From NCBI GenBank assembly GCA_024704765.1, contig JAKMXF010000133.1:558001-622000 (forward strand): a stretch of 64,000 bases of DNA. The letters are read 5' to 3'. The DNA comes from Oopsacas minuta. Taxonomy: Eukaryota; Animalia; Porifera. Position numbers and translations under genes: made by a program. Shown in pieces: positions 50,601-63,283 of the stretch; position 1 is the stretch's first letter, and each line of letters begins with the position of its first letter. Under the pieces are notes generated by a model. The model searched no databases. It had not been told where the DNA came from and was given only the letters and a program-made list of their open reading frames with translations.

Positions 50601-53600
50601 AACGGGTGATTTGTATTGCGGTTAAAAAAAGATGTCGTTACACATTAAGTAATCAATAATAGACTATCATACGGTAAATACAGCTGTAGAATTAAGTACA
50701 CATTCCTGAACTATTTTACAGAATTTATAAGGAATATGAGTATACTATCATTCTGATTTTACAGAATTCTGATTTATTTAGGAAAATTGAAAGACAAAAA
50801 GTCAGGAATTTATGATAGCTAGATTATAAAATGTCCAAACCCATCGCCTTGTGCTATTATCACTAGACTCAATAGCCAAATTTCCAATTTTTCCCTTGGG
50901 GGTTTCATGACCAAATTCTAAATGAAAATTCGAAAATTCGAAAATTATGACACTCGAAAATCGCCAGAAATAGCTGCATAAAATCCACATACAATGTGAA
51001 AATTCTATGACGTAAATACTTCTGGTTATGTATACATATATCTGCATAGAACAATTTTACAACTTAGCGACAAGTTTTATCGTTTACACAAGTATAAATG
51101 TAGTCATCTCAGCTGAACGTTACTGGATACAAAAATTTTCTTAATCTATAGGTCTAATTACCCAATAAACGTAGGTTCAATACAAACAAATTTGTTTTTA
51201 TGTTCGGAACAATGAAACCAAGTATATTACAATAATTTGTTATATTCTCTTAATAAAATCCTAATCATGTGAAACTCATCTAAAAGATAATCTCGTGAAA
51301 CGAATGAATATTTATATCATTATACAAATAAAAGAGTAATTCTTTCAGTAGACATATCATCTCTATTGAAGGGTCAATAGACTATCAAACCCTATTTAGC
51401 AATGAAAAGAATCTACTCACGAAGTTGTTACATAGATGAATACAATGAAAAAGTGATACTTTTAAGGAAGTATAAATCTTGTAACAGAATGCTAGGTTAT
51501 CACAGGACGCACAAGCATAAATCTATGTACGCTTTCAATACGCGTTGGGAAGTTGTAAATTAATTATTTTCGGTCTTAGTCTTAGTAGTATCAAATTTCG
51601 TGAACCTCAAATCACAAGATGTTTTGAAAAATTAGTTATCATTAATTTGGTCATTAATCATGTGTTGTGGACCACCACGGGATCAATAATCTCCTTCATA
51701 TACTGACACTTCAGATTAATTGAACTTAATTTAATACAATTTCTATGGGTATGATTTTAATAATTAATCATAATAGTTTGGCCAAGACAATTAAATCTTA
51801 AATATATTCTTCTTATTTTGTACTGTCCCCAAAAAATATGCGAAATATCTTACTGTTGAATTTTACAGAAATTCCTAAACCATAAAATTGCAAAATAATA
51901 CTACCAATCTTACTGCATACCAGCACACCACACGAAATGTAGCCCTAAATCTCTCTGAATCAATAATTCAGGTAGAAAATTGGAGAAACGAGCTTACTTT
52001 AATAGCGAAGCGAAGCATAAATGCCACTAACATAGATTATGGTAAGTTCGAAAGATTCCAGGACTAAGCAAAGATTAATACATTTTTACACAAAAAGAAA
52101 TAATAGAATTCCAGCTGCTAACAAGAACGAAGTCGAGCATACAAACGACCTTAAACATATTAACGAATAGAGATAGGTTACATGAATAAAGGTAACCGAA
52201 AATATTTCAGTAAAATAGATAAATTGACATAGCATTGCGCTTTGGAGACAAATATAAAAATTAAAAAAGTTACAAAAAAAATACCAACAGGGACCGTACA
52301 TTTCAAATTTGATTAATTTCAAAGTGTGATATTCGGATTCAGCGTATTCGATATGTCGAATACGCTGAATCCCAAGCTTGTTGCATATTCTAATAAATCA
52401 GTGAACATACACTACTATGTCCCACGAATGAAATATCATGGTATGCCAAAACTTAATGTTTCAGTATTTTAGAGAGATATACTTTTAATTTACAATGGAA
52501 TGTACTGACTACCGTGAAAAACCGATATCATATGTTTGATATGACATTGACTATATTTGTACCATGAACTCCAATCTGACCTAGTCTGTGATACTAGATG
52601 GTGAAGAATATAGCAGCCTATTGGTTTCTCCATTTTAATTTTATCGAGTATATGTAATATGATGAGATGCTTACATTGTAGACGTAAGGTTTTAGTGTCT
52701 ATGCTATTTTAGGAAAGATATTACACAATTAGAGTGAACTCTCGTAAATACGAAGTCATCGGGACATATGTTTCATTTCTTTGTAAGGGGAGTAAAATAA
52801 TTTCTTCAAGCTATTGGGGATAAAGAATCACTTCATTCTAACAGGTGTTTCGTTATCTCCGACTTGGTTATAACGAGAGTTTACTGTAATTTATATTTTG
52901 TTGTATAATTATCAGAGGGTACTATAAGCTTCCTACAGGGCCGAGCAAAATTCGCAGGAACGTTAATTTGAATAATTATGTACACCTCAATACGGACTAA
53001 TCATTAGAACCAAGGACAATAAATATTTTTGTCCATAGTTTTGCAAAATTACTAAATAATCGTTCTGTCTGAATTCTAATCACTGGTTTATCAAATATAT
53101 GAATTAAAGGTGTGTACTTGATGGAAAGTACAAAATATCCAGAAAGAGATAACGTGAAATTTGGATGAATGGAGTTCCTCGTAATTATAGAGTAGAACAT
53201 GGCTTATAGGATAATTGTATCCCATCTCTATATTTTATTTCACATATCAGTGATTCTAGCATAACATATATTGCTATATTATACATTCTCGTGAAATTCA
53301 AACTTGTGAATTCTATAATATCGCTGATTGCAATCCCAAGAATTGTCAAACCAAACTTAAATCTGCATAAGCTAAATAGCAAGGAATGTAGCTCAAATAA
53401 GGCAATACCACTTGGTCAAGTCGATATTGCAGACATATTTCTGTTTAATCTTAAAAGCTATTGTAGAGATAGATGAAAATATGACAAAATTTTGGATAAT
53501 TGAAATCGATATTTTACTAATGTAATTAACTAACTACATGATATCGTGAAGTCAGCGAGAAGAAACGTCAACAGAAGTCATGCAACCATCACACAGAGGT

Positions 53601-56600
53601 TGTAGCATGCAGAGTGCATTTTCGTCACTTGAGCATGATAATATCACGTCGTGCTATTCTAATACTAATGGATACTTGAATTGTGCAACATTGAATCAAC
53701 TATTATGTCCAAACACCTAATCCATTTTAATGTGTACGTTTTGAATGGGTGAGTATGCACAATCTGAACAAACCCCATATATAGGAGGCCGAATAAGTAT
53801 TTGAAAAATGTGTGGAATATACCTGAAGTACTTACAAGATCCTTCTAATCCAAAGGAAGCGATAGAAGCAATCAAAAGATTAGATTCTATAAAACACAGA
53901 GGACCAGATGACTTCAGATATGTTATCCATAACAACTGGTTCTTAGGATTTACAAGATTAGCTATTGTGGATGTGAGTGAGAGAGCTAACCAGCCTCTCA
54001 CTAACCCATTTTTTCCTGTAACAAACTATATCATATGTAATGGAGAGATATACAACCATTCAATACTCAGGAAAGACATCAGCATCAAATCCTTCTCAAA
54101 CAGTGATTGTGAGGTAACATATGTAGTAAAAATAGATATTCAATGAATAATATTATAAATGAACAAATACGGTGAATACAATAGTGATCGTAAGTTATAC
54201 CAGTTTATGCCCATTTTATCAACAGATAATTCTACATCTTCTCTTGGAACAAGATATCAGTACAGTCTGTAACACACTGGATGGAGTATTCGCACTAGCT
54301 TGCATAATAGAAGATAAGCTATACATAGCGAGAGATCCAATAGGAATACGACCTCTATTCTATGGAATAGATCAGTTTGGTTACATCACTCTTGCTTCTG
54401 AGGCTAAGGCACTCATAGGATCCTGTGACCAGGTTAGAGCCTTCCCTCCAGGATGCTACACCTGTCTCCCATTAGACACACCTCATCACACAATGGAGAT
54501 ACACAACTATGTCCCTAGCACACTGTACAATCCAGCTATTATATACACAGAGACAGAACAACACTGTATAGAAGCATTAACACAGATCAGAACTACTCTC
54601 ATAGAGGCTGTGATGAAGAGAACAATGACAGACAGACCAATAGGACTGTATCTGAGTGGAGGGTTAGACAGCAGTCTTATTGCTGCTATCCTGGCTAAAC
54701 ACGCAAAGCTCAGTTTCACTGCATTCACTATTGGAATGAAGGGAGGAGAGGGTCCAGACATGAAGGCAGCAGAGTGTGTAGCAGAATATTTAGGTGAGTG
54801 TATGGTAAAATTTCCAGACAACAATATTGTATGCCAATTTGAGAGCAATCATATTGCATGCAACATTGTTGTACAGTGTATGTTGTTTGTGCATGCAAGA
54901 GTTGCATCGTCTATGATAGGCTTTATATATACGAGTCATTTTCACTTAATCTCAAAGATCGTAGGTGTTTAAGAGCATTTAGGGGTTAGTAAGTGACTGA
55001 GAACTTCCATTGTATCCACTTAATCTCTTAAAATGTAATTTCAACAAAAATTAAAATGGAAATAATTTGATAATATTATAATACACACGTATAGGTATTC
55101 CTCTTGTGAAGGTATATTTCACGTCCGAAGAAGGATGTGCATTAATAGAAGATATCATATACCAGCTGGAGACTTACGACACTACTACGATTAGAGCTAG
55201 CATACCAAACTACTTAGTAAGTAAATATGTACAGCGAAGAGAGATTGAGAAGGTGATATTAATGGGGGAGGGACCAGATGAGGTAGCACAAGGGTACCAG
55301 TATTTCAAACAGGCTCCTGACTCAGAGAAAGGTTATCTGGAGTCAGTACGACTAGTTAAGAACCTCTATAAAACAGATGTACTCAGAACAGATAGAACTA
55401 CATCTGCTCACGGACTGGAAGTCAGGGTACCTTTTCTAGATAAACGGTTTATAGAAACTGTATACTCAATGCCTAGAAAGTGGGTATGTGCAAGTGAGGG
55501 GAACACTAAGAATCTCATTCGTAGTGCTTTTGATCCTAAAATCGCTGGTTGTGAGAAATACCTCCCTGACAAGATTCTGTGGAGACAGAAGGAAGCATTC
55601 AGTGACTCAGTTGGATATGATTGGAGAAAAAGCCTCGGAGAGAGAGCAGATAAATTAGTCACTGATGAGACAATGACAAATGCAACCAGATTATATCCAC
55701 AGAATACACCCAAGAGTAAAGAAGCTATGCTATACAGACAAATATACGATCGCTGGTATAAGCACATAGACAATGTGGATAAATATTGGATGCCAGAAGA
55801 GAGCTGGTTTGATACGAAACTTACTGACCCATCAGCTCTTGTACTAAACTGTTACAACAATTCTAACGAAGATCAATAACCAGAAATACTATAAAGGTTT
55901 CACTCAATTCAAAAATTCTTTTCATTTTCAATCATTTCGCCTATTTTTGTTGTTACTCGTTACACTATTGTATGTACCAACGAAGTTATTAATTACTACG
56001 TGATCTTTATTTTCTATATAGCTCCTAGTTCTATCTATTAAAACTGGAGAATTGTTGTGACTTGTTTGTTTATCGAAGAATATGGGTGCACTGGAACATA
56101 AAAGGGTTCGGAAATCCGAATAAAGTCAAAGATAGAAACTAATTATATTTCAAATACAAAAGTAAACTGAAAATAAATTTCGAATAAAAGAAAAATATAA
56201 TTCAGTTTATTTTAACACCAGTTAAATCATCATGTACACTCCTCAACAAGCTTTGAGGTTCTTCTCCCTTATTTGTACGGAAAATATGCACACCAAAACA
56301 AGTTACACGTTTCCTCCTACTCCTGTATAAAACATAGTGTTATACACCAAATACTACGTCATAAGCAATAGATAGAACACCCAACCAGAATTTAACAAAA
56401 TCTCCGTAGATTGAGGCCCAATCATTGAAGTTATATGCTAATACTACCATTTGTAGAAAAGATAGGATACCTCCAATTATATCGACCCAAATACCTTCAA
56501 TACTAATCCCTTCTGTTGATTTTGTCTTATAGTTAACCACAGTTGAGGAATATCCTTGAAGCGATTAACAATAAGTTTTACATAAGACAGGACGTAGATA

Positions 56601-59600
56601 CAGGTTAGCTAGGTTGTAACGGAGAAACTAGCGAGTATACAAGTAATACTAGCAGCTACTACAAGTAGAATTATTAAGATAGAAACAGTATACGATGGAC
56701 GTAGAGTTCTACTGTAAAATAATATTTGTGCAAATCCAACCAAACTTAGAATTAGGCCATGTAACGGAAATATTACGTCTTTTATTCGTACGGGATTAAC
56801 ACCACCTGGATGTAAAGAGAAATATTCAGCCTGGATATATGGAGACCAATAGAGAGATAGGTTGAAGGCAGAGTAAGCAACATAACCAAGGATATTAAGT
56901 AACACAAAATCAACACTAAAACCGTCCGTTGTCTTACGAAGGAAATTCTGCAAGACTTGAGGGTAGAATGCAAAGCTTCAGCATGCGAAATATGTCCACC
57001 CAATTACAACAGATACCCACTGTAAGAATGAATAGTTGATAACTGAAAATCTGAGATAATCACCTGTAGGATAATACACAGAAAGATTGGATATTAGCTG
57101 GTACATAGCCTTTCCAGGAGAAAGGCCAGTGAAGTGAATATCAGTGATAGAGTTACCAATTGGGAGAGATACATTTGAAGGAAGATGTATTATTGCTGGG
57201 TGCCTCTCATCCAGAGAAAGTATTGAAAGTATAATTGACGAAGTTAGGTTAGCGACAAATGTAAGGTTGTGATTATCCCCAGTTACTATAACTGGTGTAT
57301 AACTGTACGACAGGGTACTGCTAGACATTTTGCAAAAGATATTTTGTTGAGGCATAATAATCATTATATAGCCTACTTTATGTGCAATGGGTACCAATTG
57401 GAGGACAGCGTACAACTATTGAATTTCCTAGACGATACAGACAATCCATGCTAACAATTATGTATGAAATGAGCTCTAAAATTAATTGCTAAGTAACAAG
57501 CAACTCCTCCAATAACATAAATGCCAAACTGGCATCTCACCAAGGCTTGAGATTTACAGCCGCGACGAGACTCTTGGGTAACCGGTGAGAGTTGGCATCT
57601 CAGCAATAAAGCAGAAGTAGGGAGAGATCAAATGACTCTGTTTCATAGTTACCAAAATAATGGAAAAGAATGTAACATCTTTGAATTGAATTTTAGACAC
57701 GCTACACAAATTGAATTACATAAAATGCTATATTTAAAACAGGAAGCTCCAGAAAGAACAAATAGAAGAATTGTCAAGTGTAAAGCACGAATAAAGCATG
57801 AACGGATGCTAGAAGTATGTACAGAGAAAGCTTATAAATAGGAGGATACTAGAAGGAGGAGGTAAATCTAAAAATGAGCGGACTATACCTGAAGTACTTA
57901 CAAGATCCTTCTAATCCACAGGAAGCGACAGAAGCAATCAAAAGATTAGATTCTATAAAACACAGAGGACCAGATGACTTCAGATATGTTATCCATAACA
58001 ACTGGTTCTTAGGATTTACAAGATTAGCTATTGTGGATGTGAGTGAGAGAGCTAACCAGCCTCTCACTAACCCATTTTTTCCTGTAACAAACTATATCAT
58101 ATGTAATGGAGAGATATACAACCATTCAATACTCAGGGAAGACATCAGCATCAAATCCTTCTCAAACAGTGATTGTGAGGTAACATATGTAGTAAAAATA
58201 GATATTCAATGAATAATATTATAAATGAACAAATACGGTGAATACAATAGTGATCGTAAGTTATACCAGTTTATGCCCATTTTATCAACAGATAATTCTA
58301 CATCTTCTCTTGGAACAAGATATCAGTACAGTCTGTAACACACTGGATGGAGTATTCGCACTAGCTTGCATAATAGAAGATAAGCTATACATAGCGAGAG
58401 ATCCAATAGGAATACGACCTCTATTCTATGGAATAGATCAGTTTGGTTACATCACTCTTGCTTCTGAGGCTAAGGCACTCATAGGATCCTGTGACCAGGT
58501 TAGAGCCTTCCCTCCAGGATGCTACACCTGTCTCCCATTAGACACACCTCATCACACAATGGAGATACACAACTATGTCCCTAGCACACTGTACAATCCA
58601 GCTATTATATACACAGAGACAGAACAACCCTGTATAGAAGCATTAACACAGATCAGAACTACTCTCATAGAGGCTGTGATGAAGAGAACAATGACAGACA
58701 GACCAATAGGACTGTATCTGAGTGGAGGGTTAGACAGCAGTCTTATTGCTGCTATCCTGGCTAAACACGCAAAGCTCAGTTTCACTGCATTCACTATTGG
58801 AATGAAGGGAGGAGAGAGTCCAGACATGAAGGCAGCAGAGTGTGTAGCAGAATATTTAGGTGAGTATTTATTATACTTATGTAAGTAGGTTGGTAGTTAT
58901 TAGCTGTTACTTAGGAATACCACTGGTAAAGATATGCTACAATCCAGAAGAGGGATGTGAGCTACTAGCAGACATAATATATCATCTGGAAACATGCGAT
59001 ACAGATGTGGTCAGGGATAGCATACTAAATTACGTCATGAGTGAGTATATTAGTGATAGAAAGCACGAGAGGGTGATATTTATGGGGGAGGTACCAGACG
59101 AAGTTAAACAGGCTCCTGACTCAGAGAAAGGTTATCTGGAGTCAGTACGACTAGTTAAGAACCTCTATAAAACAGATGTACTCAGAACAGATAGAACTAC
59201 ATCTGCTCACGGACTGGAAGTCAGGGTACCTTTTCTAGATAAACGGTTTATAGAAACTGTATACTCAATGCCTAGAAAGTGGGTGTGTGCAAGTGAGGGG
59301 AACACTAAGAATCTCATTCGTAGTGCTTTTGATCCTAAAATCGCTGGTTGTGAGAAATACCTCCCTGACAAGATTCTGTGGAGACAGAAGGAAGCATTCA
59401 GTGACTCAGTTGGATATGATTGGAGAAAAAGCCTCGGAGAGAGAGCAGATAAATTAGTCACTGATGAGACAATGACAAATGCAGCCAGATTATATCCACA
59501 GGATACACCCAAGAGTAAAGAAGCTATGCTATACAGACAAATATACGATCGCTGGTATAAAGAATTAGGTAATGTAGAAATATCACAGAAGTTCAGGAAT

Positions 59601-60615
59601 GGTATAAAACTATCTGATGCTCCGCCTCTTGTCTCTGACTACTATAACTCTAACGAGAATTGACTAACTTACACATAGACAGTAAGTATAGAAGTAGTTT
59701 ATGTAGGAAAATAATGCTTTTTGGTCATTATCCCATAATCTAGTGAATTTATGCAAGTTTCTCTTGTATGAACTTTTATCAGATATGTTATCATTATCTA
59801 TTCATTCTTAATTCTATGATATTCAATTTGTTAGATAAATTCCCTAAATACATATATATCTTCAAGTTCTCAATTAAAGACATTATTACTAATATATAAT
59901 TATAACAAAATTTCATCGAATAACAGCCCCATATAATAATTGATTATAATTCGATAGTCGAGTTTAACTGATGAGCAATGAAATTCTATGAATTTATTTT
60001 AGGTCATAAAGAGGATAGATAGCTGCTTGCTGTTTTCGCAGAATCTTAACAAAAGTCGCCTATTTCATGACATATACAACTGTGTTAATGCAGTTTTTGG
60101 CTAGGAACGAGCTAGCGATTATCCATCTCGATCATTCATAGATATTCATCTTCAATATATAAACGGAAGTAAATATTTCAATGACGTAAAAATCCAGAGA
60201 ATGTTCTAAATTTAGAATTTGACTAATAATTATCTTATTTGCTTACATTGGAAAATACCGTTGCAAAATATTGTAAAATTTTCTAAAATGGACGGTGACC
60301 TACCTACGTGGGGATATGTAGTCAAAATATGATTATTAATAAAAATATGCACAACATTACAATTGCATAAACTCACCGATCACATTTAATGTGTCTAACA
60401 AAAGGTTTGATTCTGGTCTCACTGTCATGATACCAGTTACCTCTGTTGAGGATATGTACTTGATGTCCTGCTTCCACCAATTTAACAGCTGTTTCTCCCC
60501 CTAGCATTCCATTGCCCCCCAAAAGAAGGATTTTCTGTGGCATCAATGCGGTAGAATACAATACTGTGTTGACTAATAATAGCCGAAACAAGTGAGAAGC
60601 TAATAATTGAAACAT
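47611..60615 (-). CDS. Extended SDR / NAD-dependent epimerase-dehydratase, 2 coding exons split by an 11,844-bp intron; signal-peptide-like N-terminus and C-terminal KDEF
   Basis: Exon 1 ends at 60377 (GGNGMLG Rossmann motif, ...KCD-cg|GTGAGT). Exon 2 spans 48532-47611 (TTTTCTAG|t-YLIESCK...FDVIVDF, YIYISSDSVY, YGHNK, LRLPDVIGP). The phase-2 join gives CDRYLIES. The start codon is uncertain (60678, 60615 or 60543). Confidence 0.85.
48869..48922. mobile_element. MITE right-end fragment of the 25842 family
   Basis: GTCGAAGTAATTATTGCGGTCC...GGGAATTGACTGTA. Confidence 0.5.
52335..52372. repeat. Perfect 17-bp inverted repeat with 4-nt loop
   Basis: GGATTCAGCGTATTCGA-TATG-TCGAATACGCTGAATCC. Confidence 0.92.
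52730..52888. mobile_element. pogo/Tc1-like MITE inside the giant intron
   Basis: TAGAGTGAACTCTCGTAAATACGAAGTC vs reverse complement of right end TACAGTAAACTCTCGTTATAACCAAGTC. Confidence 0.75.
53808..55879 (+). CDS. ASNS: Glutamine-dependent asparagine synthetase, copy A (3 exons, about 552 aa)
   Basis: Exons 53808-54113, 54226-54793 and 55095-55879. MCGI (Cys2 nucleophile), HRGPD, CNGEIYNH, RDPIGIRPLF, SGGLDSS, GEGPDEVAQGY, EVRVPFLD, RQKEAFSD and YWMP...DPSA all present. Confidence 0.93.
54825..54925. mobile_element. Probable PIF/Harbinger-like MITE remnant in ASNS-A intron 2
   Basis: Reverse complement reads AAGCCTATCATAGACGATGCAAC, resembling AAGCCCATCATCACACGATGCAAC near 60980; internal GCAACATTGTTG palindrome shared. 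Absent from the 55-bp equivalent intron of copy B. Confidence 0.4.
56202..57415 (-). pseudogene. CTNS: Cystinosin (PQ-loop lysosomal cystine transporter) pseudogene, intronless
   Basis: GWTYFAC*SFAFYPQV, FSVTT*LT.IY.LSY.KL...IPQ/VVNYKTKSTEG and DVVFGV*HYVLY. In-frame stops at 56978-56980 (TGA, Trp position), 56609-56611 (TAG, Trp position) and 56340-56342 (TAA, Gln position), plus a 1-nt frameshift near 56541. Confidence 0.85.
57874..59663 (+). CDS. Asparagine synthetase-like, copy B (3 exons, about 540 aa), with altered catalytic motifs
   Basis: Exons 57874-58179, 58292-58859 and 58915-59663; frame intact. Starts MSGL (Cys2 to Ser), GEVPDEV followed by a 7-aa deletion (AQGYQYF), and lacks the YWMP/DPSA tail. 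Confidence 0.8.
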
Positions 60616-63283
60616 TTCTAGAATTGTTAACGAGATAATTATTAGATAAAATGTATCTACACCTAAAGATGCAGACATGAAAAATTTTCATATAAAATGG
60701 ATCATGCGGACAGACATGCTAACGTCGCAACAATGTGAATATCAATATGGCATCTGATCTCCCAAGGTATTATCCAAGCGTATGCGACGCGCCTTCAGGC
60801 GGATAAATTTCAGTTAGTATATCTCCTAAGCGTAAAATTTCGTCAAGACTCCTACATGGGTAATACAAATTACAAAATGGTATAGTTCTAGGGGTATAAA
60901 AAGGATCAGAATACAGTTTTAGGCGTATGGCCCTGAGAACCTGGATGATGAAACCCGAATTTCCCTATATGAGATAATAAAGCCCATCATCACACGATGC
61001 AACATTGTTGCTCTGTCTATGTTGCCTGATGCGTGCAACAAATGGAAGTGGAGAATTTTGCAACCCGGAGATGTTTCCTAAACTTACGTCAGCAGTCGTA
61101 GGCAGAATCTTTGATGATTACTATTAAATCGATTCAGTAGGTTCAAAAATATGTAACATTATGTGTGTAATTTACACAAATAACATCTAAGCATCTAACC
61201 CTTTTAAGTGATATATATTAATTAATCCAATACGTATTTATCATATTGATTACTCTCTAGCCAAGTATTTAATGGCGTACTGTCTAACTTCTGCCAGCTA
61301 ACTTTTCCAAAAGAAGCTGATGAATACAGAAGTACTTTAAATCAAACAATTACTATACTGTAGAGCAATCATTTTCCATCTGAATATTTTTTCAATTTTG
61401 TAAAATAGGACTTCATAATTACATATCCGAATTTGTTGTAAAGTTAAGTGTAGCGAAAATCTCAACAAAAATTTATTTTAGAGATTTTTGGCGATAAATT
61501 TGTATTCACAAATCTTGGAGCTTTTTTCTAGTCCCAGTAATATTCATGGAAATACGGTAATAGAAAGTTAATGTGATAAAATTAATGGTCATCAATGTGT
61601 ATATACTTTCAAAGTGTAGTTCTCTAAATAGCAAGTGGAAGTAGTTAACTTCTCTTCGCCATTTACTCCAACTTTCTGTTAGATGATCTCTTGAACTCTC
61701 TGCTATTTAATGCTTGCTAATTTTGAGTAGTATAATAGCTATTAGGGGAGTTGCTAATGTAAGTACCATGATCGGACTCTACGACGAGGAATAGACCCTC
61801 CCAATAATCAGGAAATACTGTAACATGAACTAATAAAATTTTATCAGTAATCATCAATATAGCATGAATAATAAATAAACATCTAAACATGTTCATTAAT
61901 ATTAAATTACACGCACGAATCGAATATTATTATCAGTCCTCGTTGCTTCAAGATTACACAATATATTCCACTAATTAAGATTGATACACTATAACACAAT
62001 TCTTCTATATGATAGGAGGAAGTATTCAATTCTTAGTAATTATGAATAAACTCTTGTATGCCATAAGTATGGGTAACACTCATTAATTTATGCTATACTA
62101 TACTATACTATACTCCAGAAGTTGTTACGTGGCATATTTTAGTTGCTGATAATTATCTACCGATGATATACTGGCCCAGTTGCACTTTTGCAAAAACATC
62201 TAAGATAGTACGTAAAGTGTTGTTGATCAAATGATTATTCATAAATTATACAGATGTGCAATAGTAAGCAGGTAATATTGATCAAAACAACTTACTTTGA
62301 TAAAATGTAATCCGCAAGTGAGCAGAATTCAAATATTTTAAAAGTTTAAAAGTATGGACAGCAAAATTGCAGAAGAGTAATGCACATTTATAAAATGCTT
62401 GCTAGTAAAGACGAGCACAGGCATTGCTTCAAATTTATATTTCATATATTCTAAAGTAAACAAAGTTCGATTAGACCATCAAATTTCTCCAAATTGCAAG
62501 ATTGCATTTTTTAATAAATTTAAATAATAAATCTAATAGTCATTAAAATGGCAATTGCAATTGTAGACTAAACTTTTAGAGCTGTGCTGCGTGAGTAGGA
62601 AATTTGGAGTCTAAAGAAATGCACCAATGCATAAAAGTTGCTTAGTTCTAGAAGCATAAATGTCATTTTATCGCAGCAGAGTTTGTCAAATTACTGCTCC
62701 TCCAGGAGGTCGGCACGCGGATAGATGAACTTTGAGTTTTAACAAGCTACAATATGATGTAGGAATAATTATCAAAAAGATGTACGTAATAGTAAATACA
62801 CTATATCTTATACCCGATTGCTTAGACCTTAAGTAGCTAAGTGACCAACTAAATGCATAAGGAGCGCGCTCCATATAACCAGGGAGCTTACTTTTAAACT
62901 TCCAACGGAGGGCTGACCTCCGTTTTGCGGCATGGAGGTGGAGCGAGTAACGGGAGTATACTCTCAAATTGAGAGGCACTAAATGCTCTACCCATATACA
63001 CATACATAGAGGATAAATTGAAAAACAAAAAACAAATAATATGAAAAATCTTGTATTCTTAATTCTATGAACCACAACTTAATTCTGCAACTTTTCCACA
63101 AACTAAGTGATTAGGTTGTAACATGCAGCTGTGCACGTGTTCATGTTGAAAGTATGATATGTAAATTGTGTACTAAAGTGTAACTGGATAAAATTATAGG
63201 AATAGTACTCCATTTCAATGGACCTTCCACTACTATTTAATGACTACAACTAGCCAATAATTCAAATATCGCTTATTAAAAAC

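Noticed and set aside
56978-56980. In-frame TGA in cystinosin as selenocysteine or programmed readthrough
   Set aside because: The same frame also has a TAG, a TAA and a frameshift, so pseudogenisation (or sequence error) explains it more simply.
60890-60905. Consensus-like TATA box GGGGTATAAAAAGG
   Set aside because: It points away from the adjacent SDR gene, with no supported plus-strand gene directly downstream; unassignable without TSS data.
62900-62995. Minus-strand MGRAFSASQFES, reminiscent of the CFAP126/Flattop N-terminus
   Set aside because: Similarity stops after about 10 residues and the frame closes after 33 codons.
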